A stretch of DNA of 64,000 nt from Alphaproteobacteria bacterium. Its GTDB lineage: Bacteria; Pseudomonadota; Alphaproteobacteria; Rhizobiales; NORP267. The notes beneath the pieces were generated by a model. It did not search any database, had not been told where the DNA came from, and saw nothing but the letters and a program-made list of their open reading frames with translations. The position numbers and the translations under genes were made by a program. Position 1 is the stretch's first letter, and the number at the start of each line of letters is the position of its first letter. Of this stretch, positions 48,640 through 57,357 are shown piece by piece. The stretch lies in contig JAQRMX010000011.1 of assembly GCA_028599125.1 (NCBI GenBank), positions 14,066-78,065 on the forward strand, in the 5' to 3' direction.

Positions 48640-49806
48640 TCATAAACCGACAAACCCTGTAGCCCTTATCAGACGATCCACATAGAGCGCAGCCCCAAAA
48701 GCCGAAACACCCCCGGACGCCCCGAGCTTTCCAAGCAGACTATCATATCTTCCGCCGCTTGCGAGAGTGCCCAAGCCAGGAGATAGAGGAGCACTTATCT
48801 CAAAGACAAGACCATCGTAATATTCCAGACGATGACCAAAACCGGCATCAAAGACAATATCTATGCCTTCAGAATCAGAAATATGCTCCTGAAGAGTACA
48901 GAGACGTTCATAAACCTCGTCAATGTGGGATGCAAGATCGGGGGCCATATTCCGCGTAAGGGCAATAAATTGTGCATGTGCGGTCGATGGTGAGCCCCTG
49001 ATCTTCAGAAATGAGCAAATAAGATCACCAATATCTGCAGAAAAATTATAGAAAGAGGAATCGGCCCGCTCCATAAAACGTTCAACAATTTCTTCCACAG
49101 ATCTCCCGCCTACCGGTGCTAGGCGCGCAAGAGCGATAACCTCCTGAATCAGTTGTGTCCCCGCTTTACGGTCAAGAGAGGAAAGCGTGGAAGTAAGGGC
49201 CTGTTGAGTAGTCAAAACTTGACCTGAGGATATTGCTTCCGGACTGATGAAAGCTGTCTCATAACACAAAAAGTGCCGACGTAAACGGCGCCGCATCCCA
49301 TGAGGTAACTTCAGAAAATCAAGCAGAGCGTTAAACAAGCCAGTATCACCAAAACGTAATTTGAGGGGACCAACGCCCCGATCGCGTAGAGTATGAATAA
49401 TCGTCCTGACTACTTCAATCTCGGAGGCAGTACCGTCCTCCGGACCCAGAATCTCTATGCCGACCTGCTGAAATTCCCACGGGGTTGAGCAATCACTATC
49501 CTCACGTGAACAGCGAAATGTCGGCCCCCCATAAACATAACGTCGGACAGCCCGATCAGTTTCGTTGACATAATGACGGGCCACAGGAAGAGTAAAATCG
49601 GGCCTCAGGCAAAGTCTCTCACCAAAAGGACCGGAAACAAGAAACAAACGACGGCGAATATCCTCGCCTGATAATTCCACAAAAATATCGACAGGAAGCA
49701 GAACGGGAGGGTCAATCCGCTCAAATCCCTGTGTCGTAAAGATGCGCGTCAATGCTTGTGCATGCGCAGCGGCACCTCCAACAAATGAAAGAAAGCGCTG
49801 TGTCAT
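48640..49806 (-). CDS. hisZ: ATP phosphoribosyltransferase regulatory subunit (HisRS paralogue)
   Basis: Class II aaRS-like core without an anticodon-binding domain (LRPDFTLPVARHY, GGRYDSLLGKLG), lying between hisS and hisG. Start moved to the ATG at 49806 (MTQRFLSF...), 13 nt after the hisS stop. Confidence 0.85.
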   Translation of the reverse strand: MTQRFLSFVGGAAAHAQALTRIFTTQGFERIDPPVLLPVDIFVELSGEDIRRRLFLVSGPFGERLCLRPDFTLPVARHYVNETDRAVRRYVYGGPTFRCSREDSDCSTPWEFQQVGIEILGPEDGTASEIEVVRTIIHTLRDRGVGPLKLRFGDTGLFNALLDFLKLPHGMRRRLRRHFLCYETAFISPEAISSGQVLTTQQALTSTLSSLDRKAGTQLIQEVIALARLAPVGGRSVEEIVERFMERADSSFYNFSADIGDLICSFLKIRGSPSTAHAQFIALTRNMAPDLASHIDEVYERLCTLQEHISDSEGIDIVFDAGFGHRLEYYDGLVFEISAPLSPGLGTLASGGRYDSLLGKLGASGGVSAFGAALYVDRLIRATGFVGL

Positions 49807-49819
49807 CTTGTCAGGCCTT

Positions 49820-51298
49820 TTATATAGGATTAACAAGCAAACGATGCCGAACTTCTTCGACAAGGCGCTCTTCCGGTACGCTGACTTGCGCAGGCCTAGC
49901 CTCACGCCATGTCTTATTATCCGTAACGGTCTGTGACAAACGAGCACCCTCAACCAGATCCTTGATAAGAACTTCCCCCCTGTCTCGTTCAGTATCACCC
50001 CTTATGATAACCAGTGGTGCACGACGACGGTCTGCATATTTCATCTGCGCCCGCATACCACCCGCACCCAAATACAATTCAGAGGAAATACCGGCTATAC
50101 GGAGATCCCGGACCATTCGCTGATAGTCGGAAAGCCTGTCAGCTTCCATCATCAATACAACAACGGGGCCAGACAGGAATGAAGACTTAAGCAAACCTGA
50201 ACCAGTTAAGGCAGCCTGCAACCGGCTCACTCCAACAGAAAAACCTACTGCAGGAACGTCCTCCGGACGAAAGCGACCAACCATCCCGTCATAACGCCCC
50301 CCACCCCCGACAGAACCGAAGCAGACCGTTCTACCTTTGTTATTGACCATTTCCAACAAAAGCTCAACCTCATAGACAGGCCCCGTGTAATATTCAAGAC
50401 CCCGCACAATAGAAGGATCAACTCTAATACGGTTTTGAGCAAAGCCGGCGGCACGCACCAAAGATATAAGAGCCTCCAGCTCAAAAACACCTTGCAAGCC
50501 GGTCCCGCTCCCATCAAGAATCACCTTTAACTGCGCAAAAAGTGCCTCGTGATCCTCAGATCGGAGATCAACCAAAGAAAAAATATGCGTGATCTGCTCT
50601 GCATCAAGAGCAGCTCCTACCATAAAATCACCACTTTCATCCTGACGTCCGGGTCCTAAAAGCAGGTGCACAGCTTCCGGGCCAAGGCGATCCATCTTAT
50701 CTATAGCCCGCAACACTGATAGACGCCGGGCACTCTTGCCGGCACCTCCCAGTCCAATAATTTCCATCACACCGTCAAGCAACTTGCGGTGGTTCACACG
50801 TATCACATAATCACCATGATGCAGCCCCAGAGACTCCATGCAATCGGCTGCCATCATACAGATCTCCGCATCAGCTGCGATCCCTGCGGCACCGATTGTA
50901 TCTGCATCAAATTGCATAAACTGACGAAACCGGCCAGGACCCGGCTTTTCATTGCGAAAAACGCAGCCAAACCGGTACCCCCGATAAGGTTTAGGAAGCG
51001 TATCAAAATGCGCCGCGACATAGCGCGCAAGCGGTGCGGTAAGATCATAGCGCAAAGATAGCCAGCGCCCATCTTCTTCCTGAAAAGAAAAAACGCCTCC
51101 ATTTGGACGATCTTGATCCGGAAGAAACTGCCCCAATACCTCCGTATACTCAATCATCGGCGTCTCAAGAGCTTCAAAACCATAAAGCTCATAAACATTC
51201 CGAATACGGTCCAGGAGCTGACTGCGCACTCTCAAATCATCCGCCGTGTAAACAACAAAACCGTGCGGAAGGCGAGGGATCATGCATGAATTAGCCAT
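49820..51298 (-). CDS. hisS: histidine--tRNA ligase
   Basis: Class II motifs: [12 protein letters not shown], motif 2 [23 protein letters not shown], motif 3 [10 protein letters not shown], and a C-terminal anticodon-binding domain. AGGAG RBS. Confidence 0.92.
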   Translation of the reverse strand: MANSCMIPRLPHGFVVYTADDLRVRSQLLDRIRNVYELYGFEALETPMIEYTEVLGQFLPDQDRPNGGVFSFQEEDGRWLSLRYDLTAPLARYVAAHFDTLPKPYRGYRFGCVFRNEKPGPGRFRQFMQFDADTIGAAGIAADAEICMMAADCMESLGLHHGDYVIRVNHRKLLDGVMEIIGLGGAGKSARRLSVLRAIDKMDRLGPEAVHLLLGPGRQDESGDFMVGAALDAEQITHIFSLVDLRSEDHEALFAQLKVILDGSGTGLQGVFELEALISLVRAAGFAQNRIRVDPSIVRGLEYYTGPVYEVELLLEMVNNKGRTVCFGSVGGGGRYDGMVGRFRPEDVPAVGFSVGVSRLQAALTGSGLLKSSFLSGPVVVLMMEADRLSDYQRMVRDLRIAGISSELYLGAGGMRAQMKYADRRRAPLVIIRGDTERDRGEVLIKDLVEGARLSQTVTDNKTWREARPAQVSVPEERLVEEVRHRLLVNPI

Positions 51299-51491
51299 CT
51301 TGCTCCTGTAAACTTCTTAACAATGCTCTCAAAATCCACAAAAAACAAAAAACCTGAGAGCCTGCTTCCCGCAAATCGCCTGAAGCCATGCTTTCCCTAT
51401 GCCGGGAACTCTTTCCTACGCCGCAGACAAGGAAACGTCAATATTACACAGCAAAAAACAAGGAAGAACTCTCACTGAAAGTCAAAAAATA

Positions 51492-51517
51492 GAAAAATCG
51501 GAAGGAAAAATCGGAAG
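51492..51517. repeat. 13-bp perfect tandem duplication (GAAAAATCGGAAG x2)
   Basis: Counted directly, in the A-rich 700-bp spacer upstream of hisS. Confidence 0.9.
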
Positions 51518-52004
51518 ACTGAACGGCCCCAAATATAAAAAAGCCTTATGCTCTCTGCAAAAACGAGAACAGATCCTCCCACGACAAAAAACGTTCCATT
51601 CGGAAAAAAGAAAAATCTCTCTGCCGGGGCTCAAATAGAAACAGGGCAACGCTAGGATCAAAAAAAATTTAGAAACCTTTACCAAAAGCTGGCGTGCAGG
51701 CACTCTATCTCTTAAAAATTACAGAGAAACAAACAGATAGGAAAAAAACGAAGAAAACCATAAAATGAAGAAACAGGGATTCAGAAACAAGACCTGTCCG
51801 GTAAAGAGCGATCCTTAAGCCACTGAAATAAAAAGGCTAACAGCTATCATACGATAATAAATTCATCAAAATAACAAAATAAGCAGGAAAAATAAGAAAG
51901 ATAAAATGAAGAGCAATAATACACAAAAATTGTATCTGACTTCCTCTTATCCTATTGAAATGTTATGACAATCAAGTTGATTCGTCTGTGAGAAGGTCAG
52001 AAAT

Positions 52005-52349
52005 ATGTTTAAAAAGGGATTATGGACCGTCTGCGTTGCCTTTTCATTATGCGTGATGAATAGCCCTGCCATCTCTGAAAGAGCTAGCAGCACAAAGAAT
52101 AAGGCAGAGTATTTTGCTCGAATTCACGCCGCCGCTATCTATTGCAGGTTCGGTGACCCCCATGGGTTTGGTGTCGCAGCTATAAAGTACTTTAAAAAGA
52201 GGAAGAATTTCGAGTCAATACGTAATGCCTATGGTTTGGCCTTGCTCAATTCCACAGGAGATCCACCGGCACAGGATATCGGAGGAAACTGTCAAGAGCT
52301 ACCGCGACACTATAATCATATATGGCAAACAATCAAAGGAGAAAAATAA
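52005..52349 (+). CDS. hypothetical exported protein (114 aa)
   Basis: GAGAAGG RBS, a signal-peptide-like N-terminus (LWTVCVAFSLCVMNSPAIS) and a short hairpin plus T-run after the stop. No family recognised. Confidence 0.5.
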   Translation: MFKKGLWTVCVAFSLCVMNSPAISERASSTKNKAEYFARIHAAAIYCRFGDPHGFGVAAIKYFKKRKNFESIRNAYGLALLNSTGDPPAQDIGGNCQELPRHYNHIWQTIKGEK

Positions 52350-52352
52350 GAA

Positions 52353-52372
52353 GCGGGAGATCCGCATTTTTT
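52353..52372 (+). terminator. weak putative terminator after the 114-aa ORF
   Basis: GCGG-gagat-CCGC followed by ATTTTTT. The stem is only 4 bp. Confidence 0.3.
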
Positions 52373-52566
52373 GCTCTCTTCTCTTGTGGACTTTCCCTGA
52401 TAAAAGCTCACCATTGTCTCTGGAACCTTGTCTGCAGGACATTCTTACCGTCTCCCTTATGGTTTCATGAAGCAATTAGTTACCAGAATGGACCCGCAGG
52501 AAAACATACAAACCTTTGAAGAAAGAACATTTTGATAAGTAACAGTCTGAAACTCCGCTAATGAAC

Positions 52567-53811
52567 TTATGGTAATATTTTTTCTTCAGACGCGAGAGGG
52601 AGACGGAGACGGAAACGCAGGATCAAAATAGCGAGGAAAAGAAAAAAAATCGCACTAATACTAGCCACACCCATAGCAGCAACCATTGAATGGTAGCTTC
52701 CATTATAGAAAAAACTCACCAGAAAAGTTGCCAGCGCGCCACATCCAAGCTGCAAAAAACCGATGAGCCCAGACCCGGCACCCGTAATATTGCGGTGAAG
52801 ACTCATTGCACTTGCCATGGCACCGGGGCGTGATAGACCGTTAGACGCAGCCACCAGCATCATAGGAATAAAGAGGCCAAGTGATCCACCAACCCCCTTC
52901 CATAATAACAGCCATAAAAAAAATACACCCCCTAAAAGAAAAAAGAGACTCAGGACAAGCAAAGGGTTTATTCCGAAACGAACAGCACATCCCCCAGACA
53001 AGAAGCTCCCGAAAATATAACCACCAAGGATCAGAGGAAAATACAAGCCGTAATCATAAGGAGCCGCATGGAGCAAATCTGCAAGAATCAACGGAGCACC
53101 AGTGACAAACGCAAAAAAACAAAATAATCCCATGGAGTCAAACAACGCAAAACAGATAAAAGCCGGATCGCGGAGTAAAACATAAAATTCCGAGAAAAGC
53201 TGTCTAGGCAAGCTTGCATTAACATGCCGGACTATATGAGTTTCCGGTAAATGATAAAGAAGTAGAAAAAATAAAAAAAATCCCATGATGGATACAAAAT
53301 AAAATCCACCGCGCCAACCTGCCATTTGGTCAAGTATGACCCCGATCATCGGAGCAACCATCGGAGCAAAAGCCATGCCCATGGTCACATAACCCAACAA
53401 GCTTGCCGCTTTCTCACGATCGTAAAGATCGCTTATAATCGCACGGGAAAGAACAATCCCTGCACATGCACCAACAGCCTGAAAAACACGCAGAACGATT
53501 AATTCACCGATGGAGGACGCAAAAACGCAAAGTAGGCTTGTTAAAAAAAATAAAAAAGTTCCCAGAAGCGCTACAGAACGACGACCATAACGATCCGAAA
53601 ATCCTCCGACAAATAACTGTGAAATCGACATGGAAATCAGGTAAAAAGTAAGTGTGTGATAGACAACGGTATGGTCTACACCAAAGGCATCCTCCATCCC
53701 GGGCATTGAAGGAAGAAAAATATTAAGAGCCACAGGTCCCAGGGACGACATAGCAACAAGAACAAGAAAAATCATAAATCCCGAAGTACCAACCTGCAGA
53801 TCTCCTTTCAA
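52567..53811 (-). CDS. MFS efflux transporter, Bcr/CflA-like
   Basis: 12-TM profile and MFS motif A GGFSDRYGRRSV. ORF 52567..53970 runs through tRNA-His, so the start was moved to the TTG at 53811 (AAGGAG 7 nt upstream). The ATGs at 53775 and 53871 are alternatives. Confidence 0.75.
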   Translation of the reverse strand: MKGDLQVGTSGFMIFLVLVAMSSLGPVALNIFLPSMPGMEDAFGVDHTVVYHTLTFYLISMSISQLFVGGFSDRYGRRSVALLGTFLFFLTSLLCVFASSIGELIVLRVFQAVGACAGIVLSRAIISDLYDREKAASLLGYVTMGMAFAPMVAPMIGVILDQMAGWRGGFYFVSIMGFFLFFLLLYHLPETHIVRHVNASLPRQLFSEFYVLLRDPAFICFALFDSMGLFCFFAFVTGAPLILADLLHAAPYDYGLYFPLILGGYIFGSFLSGGCAVRFGINPLLVLSLFFLLGGVFFLWLLLWKGVGGSLGLFIPMMLVAASNGLSRPGAMASAMSLHRNITGAGSGLIGFLQLGCGALATFLVSFFYNGSYHSMVAAMGVASISAIFFLFLAILILRFRLRLPLASEEKILP

Positions 53812-53908
53812 GTTTCTACTCCTTGACGGCTTTGCATCCAGTATAACCAAAAAGAGGAAAACATAACTCATCAGTCCGGCTGGAAAAATCAGCAAAAACA
53901 GAAATAAA

Positions 53909-53985
53909 TGGTACAGCTGCCCCGACTTGAACGGGGGACCTCCTGATCCACAATCAGGCGCTCTAACCAACTGAGCTACAGCTGC
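53909..53985 (-). tRNA. tRNA-His (anticodon GTG), A73, G1:U72, no encoded G-1
   Basis: The minus strand reads GCAGCTG-TA-GCTC-AGTTGGTTA-GAGC-G-CCTGA-TTGTGGA-TCAGG-AGGTC-CCCCG-TTCAAGT-CGGGG-CAGCTGT-A-CCA. The nucleotide 5' of G1 is T. Confidence 0.92.
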
Positions 53986-54510
53986 ACATCGGAAAGCAAG
54001 TGACGAGCCTAAGCAGAACGGATTTATTTAGCAAGAGTGAACCATAAACCGGAGTAATAAAGTCCTTCCAAACTCAAACACAGACAGTGAAAATTCAAAA
54101 CGTCACTGTTTTTCTACAAGACAAAAAACTGCTTCTTAACCGGGATCATCCCTTCTTCAAAGCATTTCTTCTTCTCATACCGCAATCCTGTGCCTGCAAA
54201 TCCTTTCGGAATGTCACAAAAACTAGCTCCTTTTCCTTCCAAAAAAGCAATGAGGCTACCCTTCCATACCCGAAAAGAGCAGAAAAATATTAACCATAAA
54301 TGAGACGATTCAGACGCGCCTAGCGGTTGTGCTGGATCACTTGCAGAAATGCAGATATTGATTAAGAAGTAGTAAAGAGGAACGTCTCTACATTCAGAGT
54401 GAAAGAAAAATTTCCTCCATATTCAAGGTAAGTAAAAGTCCGGCTTCCGCTCCACCATATCTCGGAACCCGGACAATTCGGGAATCATATGCAATTCGCG
54501 CGGTACGTGG

Positions 54511-57240
54511 ATGAGTGAATCTGTCAAGTACATAAGTGAGACGCTTCTAACCGCAGCCATGCTGTCCCCTGAAGCGGCTTCCTTGTGGGCAAGCCCTTGC
54601 TTGGTCTTCCTGTGGTCAGAAAAAGAGCAAAACATCATATGGGCCAACCGCACAGCTCTTCATATCTGGAAACAGCCATCTCTGGGAGCATGGATCACAG
54701 CAGCTCCAGGCTTCATTGGTCCCCGCAAAGAATTTCAGCACATCTCGAATCATTTGCCCATCGGTACAGAAAGAGTTGAGCGCCTTCGTTTCTATTCATT
54801 CTGTAGGGACCTCAATCTGTCATGCAAATGCCGCTGGGTAAATATAGGCGGAGAGCGCTTCATGCTTGTTAAAAGCATAGCTTTTCTCGAAAAAGAAGAA
54901 AATACAGCCAACAAAACTTACCATAACGCAAGCCAATTGCTTGATAAACTTCAGGACATCTCCCTCATTGCCCTCTCCAGAAACGGAGAATTATTACGAG
55001 CAACTTCCCCTGCTCTGCACACTATGAAAAAAGCCTCTCAGAAATTAGAGAATTTGATGCTACCAAACGCAAGCATCCCCTCTATGCTGGCCCATGAATT
55101 CCAGGGGAAAAACGGTCAAACACATCTTAGCCTGAATATCACAGTGTATGATTTGCAGGCAGAAATGCAGATTGTCCCCCTTGATGTGTCAGGGACAAGC
55201 CTGATTCTTGCAAAGCTGGATCAACTCAAACCCCTTGAAAAGAACAGCCCATCCAGAAAAGACGTTCATTCAAAAAATATAATAGCAGAAAAACAGGAAC
55301 CCGTAGACCCGGAACCAAAAAAAGACACTGGAATATTTCGGAAAGAACGCGAAAATGAAAAAGAAAGTGCTCAAAATATAAGGCTGAGGCAATATCTGGA
55401 ACCTCGGAAAGAAGATGAGGATGACGAGATAGACATAAGACAGCAAAGCAAAATGATCAACGCAAAAATAGGAAACATATTTCCCTTTACAGGCGCACCG
55501 GTACGTATATGTGATAAAAAAATTATCACCGATATGAAAGAAAAGCATGCCCTTCGTGAGATCGCCCGGGCACTTGGAGCAAAAATTGAAGGTGAGCAGC
55601 CACCAGAAGAGCAAGCCTTTGAAAGAGAGCCGGGGCTAAACGTCGCAGATGAACTAAAAACAAAGGTAACAGACAACGACCCGGATTCCGCGTCACACAA
55701 TGAAGTGTTCACCCTTCTGGATAAAATCTCCAACGGTATTCTTGTCTACCGTGATAACCAGCCAGTCTATGCCAACCGCTCATTTCTCTCCATGTTCGGC
55801 TGTCCCGATTTCGCTGACCTGCGTTACGGAATATCAATCCCTGATCTTCTGGAAAAAATTGCAAAAAGTGCACAAAATACCGCACCTTCAGAACCGAACA
55901 CACATAAAAATCGACAAGCACAAAGCTGGCACTTTAACAACACAGCACAATTGCAATTCATTCAATGGGGAGGAAAAAGAGCCATGTTGCTCAATGTGAG
56001 CAAAAATGCACTGGCTACGCCCTTATTAAATCACCTGGATCAGGTCAATCAGGTCAGCATCCTTCCCTCTCTCGCGAAAAAACAAACGGATCCCGGCAAA
56101 AAAAATGCAAAAGACATAGCTGCAAAAAAGAGCCAGGAACATGAAAGCATACTCTCTGTCGCTACTGATGGCATTCTCATACTTGACAAAAACGGATATA
56201 TCCTAAGCGTAAACACGCAAGCTGGGAAACTCCTGGGAGGGCAACCGAATGATCATTTGGGACAGAAAGTGATCTCTCTTTTCTCCTCTGATGCTCACGC
56301 CTTCGTCACAGATTATTTCCGCACCACCCCGGCTCAATGTAGTACTGATGGCCAGTACCGGACAAAAGTCCGTCACACCAGAATAAAGGATCGCTTGTTG
56401 CAGTTTCGTTTTGGGCAGATCATGGACGACCAGGAGACCCGCCATTGCCTCATCCTCTATGAAACTGATAGTTCAGAAGAAAAGCATGAGACCGAGTTGA
56501 TTGAAGCACGTCAGACTGCAGAAACGGCAAATGCCCAAAAATCAACGTTTCTTGCAAATGTCAGCCACGAAATACGTACCCCGCTCAATTCTATCATTGG
56601 CTTCTCGGAGATCATTATACAGGAAAAGTTCAGTGGAATCGAAAACGAGCGCTATCGTACCTATATCCGCGACATTCATACGAGTGGAAATCATTTACTC
56701 TGCCTCGTCAATGACCTTCTTGACTTATCTAAAATTGAGGCAGGAAAACTCAAGCTTGACATGCGTGATATTGATATTAATGAAATTGCAAGACATTCTC
56801 TTGATTTACTGCAACCAGATGCCAGTCGTTGCCGGATCATCTTGCGTCAGGATCTGGCGCAAAATCTGCCTTATATTATGGCAGACAAGCGCAGTTTACA
56901 CCAGATACTCCTTAACCTTCTGTCAAATGCAGTCAAATTCACCGAACCGGGCGGGCAAGTTTTGATTTCTACGAATGTAAACGAGGAAAATGAAATCTCC
57001 ATTCGTGTTCGTGATACCGGGGTCGGCATGACCCGACAGGAACTCAATCTAGCCCTTGAGGCCTTCTGCCAGGTGCACACACCGAATGTTGAACACAAAA
57101 TATTCGGAACAGGTCTTGGCCTCACCCTGACGAAAGCACTGGCAGAAGCGAATAAAGCAAAATTCAAGCTCTCTAGTACACCGCAGCAAGGAACACTTGC
57201 AGAAGTCATCTTTCCAGGAAATCATTTTATCGCCAGATAG
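54511..57240 (+). CDS. soluble PAS-domain sensor histidine kinase (PleC/DivJ/PdhS-like catalytic core), no receiver domain
   Basis: H-box FLANVSHEIRTPLNSIIGFSE, N-box LLNLLSNAVKFT, G1 VRDTGVGM and G2 GTGLGLTL. PAS-like segments lie upstream. No hydrophobic TM segment seen by eye. Confidence 0.85.
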   Translation: MSESVKYISETLLTAAMLSPEAASLWASPCLVFLWSEKEQNIIWANRTALHIWKQPSLGAWITAAPGFIGPRKEFQHISNHLPIGTERVERLRFYSFCRDLNLSCKCRWVNIGGERFMLVKSIAFLEKEENTANKTYHNASQLLDKLQDISLIALSRNGELLRATSPALHTMKKASQKLENLMLPNASIPSMLAHEFQGKNGQTHLSLNITVYDLQAEMQIVPLDVSGTSLILAKLDQLKPLEKNSPSRKDVHSKNIIAEKQEPVDPEPKKDTGIFRKERENEKESAQNIRLRQYLEPRKEDEDDEIDIRQQSKMINAKIGNIFPFTGAPVRICDKKIITDMKEKHALREIARALGAKIEGEQPPEEQAFEREPGLNVADELKTKVTDNDPDSASHNEVFTLLDKISNGILVYRDNQPVYANRSFLSMFGCPDFADLRYGISIPDLLEKIAKSAQNTAPSEPNTHKNRQAQSWHFNNTAQLQFIQWGGKRAMLLNVSKNALATPLLNHLDQVNQVSILPSLAKKQTDPGKKNAKDIAAKKSQEHESILSVATDGILILDKNGYILSVNTQAGKLLGGQPNDHLGQKVISLFSSDAHAFVTDYFRTTPAQCSTDGQYRTKVRHTRIKDRLLQFRFGQIMDDQETRHCLILYETDSSEEKHETELIEARQTAETANAQKSTFLANVSHEIRTPLNSIIGFSEIIIQEKFSGIENERYRTYIRDIHTSGNHLLCLVNDLLDLSKIEAGKLKLDMRDIDINEIARHSLDLLQPDASRCRIILRQDLAQNLPYIMADKRSLHQILLNLLSNAVKFTEPGGQVLISTNVNEENEISIRVRDTGVGMTRQELNLALEAFCQVHTPNVEHKIFGTGLGLTLTKALAEANKAKFKLSSTPQQGTLAEVIFPGNHFIAR

Positions 57241-57357
57241 TTCACCCCTCTAGAGCCGTGAGACATAAAAGGCTAAGTCCTTTCAGTAAAAAAAACGCCG
57301 GAAATGATATCTCGAATCTGATATCTCATCTATCATGGTAGAGGACGGTGATTTCCT

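Noticed and set aside
53812-53970. N-terminal 53 codons of ORF 52567..53970 (MVRAPDCGSGGPPFKSGQLY...)
   Set aside because: These codons are the antisense-frame translation of tRNA-His (53909..53985) and its flank. The MFS gene most plausibly starts downstream at the TTG at 53811 with an AAGGAG RBS.
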